Source: an uncultured Rhabdochlamydiaceae bacterium (GTDB lineage Bacteria > Chlamydiota > Chlamydiia > Chlamydiales > Rhabdochlamydiaceae). Taken from it: a stretch of DNA of 64,000 nt. A program made the position numbers and the translations under genes. The notes under the pieces are model-generated. The model saw only the letters and a list, made by a program, of their open reading frames with translations, made no database searches and was not told the origin of the DNA. Positions 57,192 to 64,000 of this stretch are shown one piece after another. Every line of letters begins with the position of its first letter. Positions within the stretch are counted from its first letter, which is position 1. The DNA is taken from the NCBI GenBank assembly GCA_963712275.1, contig CAVQHD010000001.1:192001-256000 (forward strand). Direction: 5' to 3'.

Positions 57192-57449
57192 ATGGCAAAA
57201 AAACAACAATCTACATTTATGAAGCCTATGCAGCTCAGTAAAGAGCTCTCAGCGGTCGTAGGAAATGGGCCTATGCCACGCACAGAAGTGACAAAAAAAC
57301 TCTGGGCTTACATAAAGTCTAAGCGTTGCCAAGATCCAAAAAATAAGCGAAACATCATTGCAGATGAAAAGCTTTTAAAGATCTTTGGCGGTAAAAAAAC
57401 CGTGAATATGTTTGAGATGACAAAACTCGTCAATAAACATCTTTCCTAG
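57192..57449 (+). CDS. SWIB/MDM2 domain protein
   Basis: FMKP..LSKELSAVVG..PMPRTEVTKKLWAYIK..QDPKNKR. Confidence 0.93.
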   Translation: MAKKQQSTFMKPMQLSKELSAVVGNGPMPRTEVTKKLWAYIKSKRCQDPKNKRNIIADEKLLKIFGGKKTVNMFEMTKLVNKHLS

Positions 57450-57460
57450 GCTTCCTCGAT

Positions 57461-57496
57461 AGAGGAGTGCAAATTTTTTGGACTCCTCTTTTTTTG
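57461..57496 (+). terminator. Putative intrinsic terminator
   Basis: AGAGGAGT-N13-ACTCCTCT followed by T tract. Confidence 0.55.
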
Positions 57497-57517
57497 TTTT
57501 TCAGATACAATCATCCT

Positions 57518-58339
57518 GTGAATGGCTCAATTTTCAAATATAAAATAATCGTTGCCTACGATGGGACCCGTTTTGGGGGATGGCAAATCCAACCCAATAC
57601 GACTTCAATTCAAGCTCTTATTGAAGCAGCCCTGGCAATTGTTTTACGTCAAAAAATATCGGTGATTGGCTCAGGCAGAACCGATGCAGGCGTGCACGCA
57701 AGGGGGCAAGTTGCCCATTTTGAATCTTCTTCTAAAATCGATCTTCCCAAGTTAATGCGATCGCTAGGCGCTCTTCTTCCATCAGACATTCGGATTTTAA
57801 ACATTGAGCCTACTGTCCCTGATTTCCATGCACGGTATCAGGCGCAGTCAAAAGAATATCACTACCATATCCTCCTCCATCAAACTCTCGATCCCTTCAA
57901 GCGGCTCTACGTCTACCACCATCCCTATCCTCTAGACCTTGTGGAAATAGAAAAAGGGTGCCGATTGCTTCTTGGAACACATGATTTTACCTCCTTTGCA
58001 AATGAAGCCTCAAAAGGAAGCGCAGCGAAAGATCCCATTCGCACTCTTTTCCGAGTCCAGATGCATCAAGAACCTGGCGGAATTCGGCTCGAATTTGAAG
58101 GGGATGGGTTTCTCTATAAAATGGTGTGTAATATGACAGGGACTTTGCTGAATATCGGAAAAGGAAAGATTTCAGCTCAAAGCATCCCCGCCCTCTTTGA
58201 AGCAAAAGATCGCCGGCAAGCAAGCGATGCCGCTCCCCCTCAAGGCCTGTTTTTAGTCAAAGTAAACTATACTCCGAATAACTCAGCAGAAATCGCCTCA
58301 AATGAAGAAACATGCAGCCGTTTCGCATCTCCGTTATGA
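57518..58339 (+). CDS. truA: tRNA pseudouridine(38-40) synthase (start approximate)
   Basis: YDGTRFGGWQIQ, GRTDAGVHA, FHAR, GDGFLYKMV, APPQGLFL. Confidence 0.95.
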   Translation: MNGSIFKYKIIVAYDGTRFGGWQIQPNTTSIQALIEAALAIVLRQKISVIGSGRTDAGVHARGQVAHFESSSKIDLPKLMRSLGALLPSDIRILNIEPTVPDFHARYQAQSKEYHYHILLHQTLDPFKRLYVYHHPYPLDLVEIEKGCRLLLGTHDFTSFANEASKGSAAKDPIRTLFRVQMHQEPGGIRLEFEGDGFLYKMVCNMTGTLLNIGKGKISAQSIPALFEAKDRRQASDAAPPQGLFLVKVNYTPNNSAEIASNEETCSRFASPL

Positions 58340-58956
58340 CGCAGCTGAGGATGCGTGGAAGGACAAATTAAAACCGGCGTTGAAACGTGCGCCTCCTCAA
58401 GCGCTTGCATTCCCCGCACCGAATCCTCAAACCCAATGACCCGATCCTCTTTTGCTTTAAGCTCAGCAAGAGCGGCCACATATCCATCGGGGGCTGGCTT
58501 GGCAAGCGCATACGATTCCCGCGTAAACCATCGAGGAATGGTTTTTAAAATAGGAAGCTGCGCTTTAATCATCTCCGTCTGCACCAAGACAGAATTTGTC
58601 ACGACACACCGCTTTTTATTAAGCTCGGCAAGCCTTTCAAGAACCAGCTGAACTCCTGGAAGGAGCGAAGGTCCTCTCTTCTCAAGGAGCTCTTCGTAAA
58701 TTTTTTTCTTTTCAGCATAGAGCACCTCCCACCGAGGCTCCTGCTGGACAAGTTCAGGGAAAAGCGCGTAAATCCCTTTTCTAATCCCGACCCCATCCAA
58801 ATGGGCGATTTCTAAATATTTATGCATATCCCATGGAAGAGTCCACCCACGCCCTCGACACATTTCTCGATAAGCCTCAAAATGAAGCTCTTCCGTATTC
58901 ACCAGAAGGCCATCAAAATCAAAAAGAAATAAGTCAAACCGATCGATCCAATCCAT
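58267..58956 (-). CDS. HAD-family phosphatase
   Basis: FDFDGLLVNTE, VVTNS, KPAPDGY, GFEDS. Confidence 0.9.
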   Translation of the reverse strand: MDWIDRFDLFLFDFDGLLVNTEELHFEAYREMCRGRGWTLPWDMHKYLEIAHLDGVGIRKGIYALFPELVQQEPRWEVLYAEKKKIYEELLEKRGPSLLPGVQLVLERLAELNKKRCVVTNSVLVQTEMIKAQLPILKTIPRWFTRESYALAKPAPDGYVAALAELKAKEDRVIGFEDSVRGMQALEEAHVSTPVLICPSTHPQLRHNGDAKRLHVSSFEAISAELFGV

Positions 58957-59528
58957 TATTTGGAACGAGTATATTTTAAATAAGCTGCGACAAGCATCGT
59001 CTTAACTGCTTCCACCGGGATAAAAGGGAGAAAACCCATGATTAAAATATTTTTTAACCCTACAAAATACCCCAACCAAAGCGCTCCTACGCTCATCTGT
59101 AGACAGCAAGACAAAAATAAAGCAACCGATGTGCGAATAAAACGAATATTCGACTGCCTTTCCACAAACCATCCAGCAAGATAGGCTTGAAGGATATAAG
59201 CAATCCGGTACCCCCCCGTCGGTCCCATCAGGTGAAGAAAACCCGCAGCCCCTCCTGCCCACATAGGAAGACCTAGAGATCCCTCAATAACGTAAAGAAG
59301 CGCAGCTAAGGCCCCTTTTCGGCTCCCCAATAGGCTCCCAACCAAGAGAGTGGAAAAAGTTGCACCCAGCAGAGGAACCGGCGTGAAAGGGAGCGGAATC
59401 TTAATCTGAGCGCAAAGACCGATAAAAAGTGATCCGCAGATCACCTGAAGAAGAGTGAAAAAATTAACTTTAGATCGAACCAGATCGACCCATCTCATGG
59501 AGAATTGTCCAGCCGCCACCGTTTTCAT
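58956..59528 (-). CDS. bioY: Biotin transporter BioY
   Basis: AQIKIPLPFTPVP, EGSLGLP, GPTGGY, GFLPFIP. Confidence 0.9.
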   Translation of the reverse strand: MKTVAAGQFSMRWVDLVRSKVNFFTLLQVICGSLFIGLCAQIKIPLPFTPVPLLGATFSTLLVGSLLGSRKGALAALLYVIEGSLGLPMWAGGAAGFLHLMGPTGGYRIAYILQAYLAGWFVERQSNIRFIRTSVALFLSCCLQMSVGALWLGYFVGLKNILIMGFLPFIPVEAVKTMLVAAYLKYTRSK

Positions 59529-59696
59529 ATAAAGGCTCCTTCCGTTAAATGATGCCGCCATTATCCCGCTTTTTAGGTTAAAAACGAAATTAAAATATTT
59601 CCTACTTATCAAGATATTTCTGTAAATAGCTGAATTGATTTGAGTGAAACAAAAATAAGTGGTATCATCTTTTTCATTAATTTGGAGAAAAACTCG

Positions 59697-60998
59697 ATGG
59701 CTCAACCAACATCTTTCTTGACGAAAGCAGCTGAAGGAGTTACTTATTTAAATTCTTTCAGACCGACACTCCCAAGGAGTGTTCAACTGGCGCTTGCAGC
59801 CGTTGGAAATGCGGGAATTCTTATTGTTGTCATGGATAGAGTTATCACAATCTTGGGATCTAAAAGTCCGATTGGTTATAAGAGTGTCTGGGACCTCTGG
59901 GCTATGTCTGTCATTAGTTTTGCAGCATACTTCTTCAGTAAAACCCAGAAAGAGCGAGTCCAAGTTAGTGCTCCTAGAGTCGAAGTCAGTGTCCCTAAAA
60001 GTGATATGCCGGCTCAAGAGAGGATACAATTTAAAGTGTTTACCTTTCAATTAACGTCCTGCAGATTCCACTCATCCCAAGATAACACATCCTCACGGTA
60101 TTTCCGCCAAAAGATAGCTGATATATTTCAATTTATTTGCGTAAACTTAAAAGGAAAACCTTTCCCAGATGCTCCAGTCCTTAAAATCTATCCAGCTCCT
60201 TCTAACTGGGAAGAGATCAAAATTTTTAATAACAAAGAGACTCCTTTCCATGCTGAGAGCGGGCCGTTTTCCTACCCTGCTTCTACAGAAAAAGAGGTGC
60301 ACTGGACAACTTTTTATAGATCTAAAGATGACCTTTTGTCGTTTGATGACAATCATATCAATTTTGTGAACTGGCAGTTTCTTCAGTTCCCAGGTTTGGA
60401 ATTTTTATCAACAGTTTATCATAAAAAAACCATAGAGCAAAAGTTGAAAAAAGACGAAATTGCCTTAATCACTGGTGTCTACCGTCATGCCAATGTCAGC
60501 TCCCTTCTAAATAAGGATGTTGTTTCAGAGCTCCAAAATATAGATATTTCTAAAGAATTGACCTTTTGTAATCCTCCTTCCGAGGGAAAATTATTTGTTC
60601 TGGGAGCGTTAGAAACAATAACGGAAGCCAAAGTTTCTCTAGAAGATGTTACCTTTCTTTACAAATCTGCCTATAACGCCTTTTACCAAATCAAGCAGGC
60701 TCACAAAAATCAGAGAGTAGTTATTCATACAGGGCTTTGGTATACGGATAGGAAAACAAATACTTCTCTTTCTATCCTCATTCAGCGCCTTGCAGCCCAG
60801 GCTGCAGGAATTGATGAGCTGCATTATTATGGTAAGCCCACGGCAGAGCATCTGGAAGAGCATCAGCAGGTCTGGGATAAAATCAAGACAGAGCATAAAA
60901 CCCTCTCAGCAGATGCAATATTAAAGCAGCTGCTTAGCGCATTTCAAATAGCACCAGTATGGAATGAGATCATGAGAACCGCTGACTGGATAACATAA
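59697..60998 (+). CDS. Membrane-anchored hypothetical protein with degenerate PARG-like (macro) domain
   Basis: VVIHTGLW...ILIQRLAAQAAGIDELHYY resembles the PARG C-terminal motif. Confidence 0.45.
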   Translation: MAQPTSFLTKAAEGVTYLNSFRPTLPRSVQLALAAVGNAGILIVVMDRVITILGSKSPIGYKSVWDLWAMSVISFAAYFFSKTQKERVQVSAPRVEVSVPKSDMPAQERIQFKVFTFQLTSCRFHSSQDNTSSRYFRQKIADIFQFICVNLKGKPFPDAPVLKIYPAPSNWEEIKIFNNKETPFHAESGPFSYPASTEKEVHWTTFYRSKDDLLSFDDNHINFVNWQFLQFPGLEFLSTVYHKKTIEQKLKKDEIALITGVYRHANVSSLLNKDVVSELQNIDISKELTFCNPPSEGKLFVLGALETITEAKVSLEDVTFLYKSAYNAFYQIKQAHKNQRVVIHTGLWYTDRKTNTSLSILIQRLAAQAAGIDELHYYGKPTAEHLEEHQQVWDKIKTEHKTLSADAILKQLLSAFQIAPVWNEIMRTADWIT

Positions 60999-61022
60999 CC
61001 CCTTTCAAACAAGGAACTTAAA

Positions 61023-61466
61023 ATGGAACAAACACTCGTTATTTTAAAACCTGACTCAGTGATCGATAGCCATATAGGAGAAATGATTGCTCGCTTTGAA
61101 AAAGACGCGCTTTCCCCTGTGGCAATGAAGATGGTGCATCTCACAACAGAGCAAGCAAAAGCTTTTTATGCTGTGCATGCTCAGCGCCCTTTCTATATGC
61201 AGCTCGTTCAGTTTATGGTGGAAGGACCTGTGGTTGTCATGGTTCTCGAAGGAGAGAATGCTGTTGCTAAAACGCGGGCTATCATGGGAGCGACTAACCC
61301 CCAAGATGCAGCACCTGGAACACTCCGACGCGATTTTGCAAAGTCGATCGAACGGAACGCCGTACATGGGTCTGACAGCCTTGCAAACGCGAGGCAAGAA
61401 ATCGGCTTCTTTTTCCCTTCTAAAGAGATCCACTCACGGTGCTGCAACCATTGCCATTGCCACTAA
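61023..61466 (+). CDS. ndk: Nucleoside diphosphate kinase
   Basis: [27 protein letters not shown]. Confidence 0.97.
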   Translation: MEQTLVILKPDSVIDSHIGEMIARFEKDALSPVAMKMVHLTTEQAKAFYAVHAQRPFYMQLVQFMVEGPVVVMVLEGENAVAKTRAIMGATNPQDAAPGTLRRDFAKSIERNAVHGSDSLANARQEIGFFFPSKEIHSRCCNHCHCH

Positions 61467-61469
61467 CAT

Positions 61470-62375
61470 ATGAGTTTCGTTAGCGAGCTGAGAAGTGGAT
61501 GGGCCTCTTTTCTAAAAAGAGTAGATCCTTGGAGGCCTTCACTTTCAAAGAGAGCGCGTTTGGTGTTAGGAACGGTCGGATTGGGGTGCTGGGGAGCGGC
61601 TGCCGTTCTTGCATCAAGAAGTCCGGCAAGATTCTGGAGCTCCAAAGAGGTAATCGGGCTTTCATTGGCGGGCGCTATCACCGTTGCCCTATCGATTCTG
61701 GGCATTGGCGTAAAGAAACCTCTTTTTATGTCCTACCAAATCATCCCTAACAATGAAGACCCTAATAATACTTTTTGTACGCCTCTTAAAGCAAACTCCG
61801 TTTTCAAAGAAGTCCAAGGACAATTTCTCTACCCACCCTCCACAGATCAGGAGGTGCATTGGACTGCTTATTTAAGGGATCAATTTTTCTTAGGACCCAG
61901 CTTTAAGTCCCCTTCTCTGAAAAAGGAAACAACAATCACCCTGATCACAGAAATTTATCCCTTAACACTTGGGAAGAGCTGCCCTGAAAGCCAGCTTTTT
62001 AATTTAAATATAGAGCATCCACCCAATACAAGGCTCTCTTACGAAGATTTTATCGCGTTCTATGATCGTGCCTATACAGCCTTCTACCAAATTAAAAAAA
62101 CCTCGAAAAATCGGAAGGTCATTATTCATACACGACCGCAATCGATGCCTGAAAACTTGCGACGTAAGGATCACTGTTTTTGCATGCTCATTCAGCGTCT
62201 TGCAGCATACGCTGCAGAAATTGACGAATTCCACTATTACAGGCGTAGCCTTCGCCATATCCATAAGATGGGAAAAATGTTTACTGATTTAATCACGCAG
62301 AATCCGAAGGCTTCCCCTCAATTCCTGCTTGAAAAACTGTTTGACCGTTATGAGTGCCGCTATTTAACTCAATGA
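61470..62375 (+). CDS. Paralog of 59697-60998, more degenerate
   Basis: YPPSTDQEVHWT, AYTAFYQIK, VIIHT, LIQRLAAYAAEIDEFHYY. Confidence 0.55.
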   Translation: MSFVSELRSGWASFLKRVDPWRPSLSKRARLVLGTVGLGCWGAAAVLASRSPARFWSSKEVIGLSLAGAITVALSILGIGVKKPLFMSYQIIPNNEDPNNTFCTPLKANSVFKEVQGQFLYPPSTDQEVHWTAYLRDQFFLGPSFKSPSLKKETTITLITEIYPLTLGKSCPESQLFNLNIEHPPNTRLSYEDFIAFYDRAYTAFYQIKKTSKNRKVIIHTRPQSMPENLRRKDHCFCMLIQRLAAYAAEIDEFHYYRRSLRHIHKMGKMFTDLITQNPKASPQFLLEKLFDRYECRYLTQ

Positions 62376-63458
62376 CTTTTTCTTCTTAAACTTATCGGAG
62401 TATTCGAGAGCTTTGCCTGCGCCTAGGCACACAGCAAGAAGAGGGTGGGTAGCAATGGTGACTGGAAGGCCGGTCTCTTTGATGAGCGCTTTATCGAGTC
62501 CTTTGATTAAGGCTCCGCCGCCTGCGAGAACCATTCCTTTGTCAACAAGATCTGCCGAGAGTTCAGGGGGGGTTTTCTCAAGGACGAGTTTCACGTGCTC
62601 AAAAATGACTTGGAGCGGCTCTATAAGGCATTCGCGGATTTCAACAGAATTAATCCGTTTTGTGACAGGAAGTCCCGCAACTTGATCTCGCCCGCGGACT
62701 TCCATCTCGAGTTCATGCTCTCCAAGGGGATAAGCCGATCCAATGGTAATTTTAATCTCTTCGGCCGTTCGCGGACCGATCATTAGATTATACGTTCGGC
62801 GCATGTAGTTGATGATGCATTCATCAAACTCATCTCCTGCGATCCGGAGAGATCGAGATTCGACAATACCCCCGAGGGAAATGATGGCAATTTCCGTGGT
62901 TCCACCGCCAATGTCGACGATCATACTCGCAGAGGGTTCATGAACAGGAAGGTCGACTCCAATTGCAGCTGCCATCGGCTCTTCAATGAGAACCACCTCT
63001 TGAGCTCCGGCACGCAGGGCAGAATCTTCAACAGCTCGCTTTTCCACATCGGTAATGCCGGAAGGGACCGCTATCAAAATTTTAGGACGGAAAGGGCTCC
63101 GCTTAGGGGTGACTCGTTTGATGAGGGCTTTGAGCATCCCTCCTGCAATTTCAAAGTCGGCGATAACTCCATCTTTCATCGGACGGACAACGTGGAGTTT
63201 ACGAGGTGTTTTCCCAAGCATTGCTTTGGCTTTGTGGCCAACGGCAAGCACCTCATTTGTTAAAGAATCGACTGCGACAACAGACGGTTCAGCAAGAACA
63301 ATCCCTTTTCCACGCACGTAGACAAGTGTATTGGCTGTTCCAAGATCGATCCCGATATCATTCGAAAAAAAACCAGACAATTTCCCCAATTTTCCAAAAA
63401 TTGATTGGCTTACACGTTTGAAAAAAGCTTTTGCGCTATCAGATTTTTTTCGATTCAT
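62364..63458 (-). CDS. mreB: Rod shape-determining protein MreB
   Basis: IGIDLGTANT, IEEPMAAAIG, VDIGGGTTE, LAGGGAL. Confidence 0.97.
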   Translation of the reverse strand: MNRKKSDSAKAFFKRVSQSIFGKLGKLSGFFSNDIGIDLGTANTLVYVRGKGIVLAEPSVVAVDSLTNEVLAVGHKAKAMLGKTPRKLHVVRPMKDGVIADFEIAGGMLKALIKRVTPKRSPFRPKILIAVPSGITDVEKRAVEDSALRAGAQEVVLIEEPMAAAIGVDLPVHEPSASMIVDIGGGTTEIAIISLGGIVESRSLRIAGDEFDECIINYMRRTYNLMIGPRTAEEIKITIGSAYPLGEHELEMEVRGRDQVAGLPVTKRINSVEIRECLIEPLQVIFEHVKLVLEKTPPELSADLVDKGMVLAGGGALIKGLDKALIKETGLPVTIATHPLLAVCLGAGKALEYSDKFKKKKSLS

Positions 63459-64000
63459 GGTTTCAATAGTTCGAGGACGTCTTCCCAAGTTAGTTTAGCA
63501 ATAGCCTCATCATCGCAACTTACCACTTTCTTGACCAATCCTTTTTTCCGTTTTTGCATTTCGTCGATTTTCTCCTCGATGGTCCCTAGAGTGATCAGCT
63601 TATAGGCAGAGACATTTTTCTTTTGCCCCATCCGATGAACCCGGTCTGTCGCTTGGCTTTCCACAGCAGGATTCCACCACATATCGTAATGGATCACCGT
63701 ATCGGCGCCAACGAGGTTGAGTCCCGTCCCTCCCGCCTTCAAAGAGACGAGGAAAACGGGGAGCGTCTCATCTTCATTAAACTGTTTCACAATTTCGAGC
63801 CGATTTTTAGAAGAGCCGTCCAGGTAGGCAAATCGAATTCCTCGATGCTCAAAATCGTCCTTCATGATTTGGAGCATTTTCGTATACTGGCTGAAGATCA
63901 CCGTCTTATGTTTGCCTTCAATCAACGTTTGAAGAAGCTCCAGGAGCATTTCATATTTCGCAGAATCTCCCATCTCCGCCCTCTCTTTAGCAAAGATCGC
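63455..64000 (-). CDS. SNF2-family helicase, C-terminal part
   Basis: IFSQY, LVSLKAGGTGLNL, WWNPAVESQATDRVHRMGQ. Confidence 0.93.
   Translation of the reverse strand, partial: AIFAKERAEMGDSAKYEMLLELLQTLIEGKHKTVIFSQYTKMLQIMKDDFEHRGIRFAYLDGSSKNRLEIVKQFNEDETLPVFLVSLKAGGTGLNLVGADTVIHYDMWWNPAVESQATDRVHRMGQKKNVSAYKLITLGTIEEKIDEMQKRKKGLVKKVVSCDDEAIAKLTWEDVLELLKP

Noticed and set aside
61440..61466. Cys/His-rich tail (CCNHCHCH) on Ndk
   Set aside because: Possible metal-binding tail, but too short to judge without ortholog comparison.

Overview
Chromosomal segment of an environmental chlamydia (Chlamydiota). The assignment rests on the rplU-rpmA-obgE, rpmF-plsX-rne-plsB-ptr, yebC-GNAT-prfB and SWIB-truA-HAD gene orders, a plant-like PlsB, a UGP3-like enzyme and a CdsC-type secretin. 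Housekeeping blocks alternate with eukaryote-like effector genes (F-box/LRR, U-box, ankyrin, Fic, PARP-like, degenerate PARG-like). The main discovery is a ~15-kb island (7467-22429) bracketed by two decayed IS607/TnpB copies. Three of its genes end in the same C-type-lectin-like domain: two near-identical PARP-like ADP-ribosyltransferases and one U-box/TPR E3 ligase. Across the last 30 codons of these three genes, all differences fall at positions 1-2 of NNC/NNT codons, and an invariant GC-rich 3' end and a conserved ~105-bp non-coding tail follow. This is the signature of diversity-generating retroelement (DGR) variable regions. I found no RT gene or template repeat in the window, so these would be remote DGR targets. 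Other notable items: a stand-alone shortened secretin inside the island, an intact IS1182/IS5-like element whose 74-bp MITE derivative sits in-frame inside lpxB, a 202-bp near-perfect palindrome upstream of rne, and two unannotated small basic ORFs.
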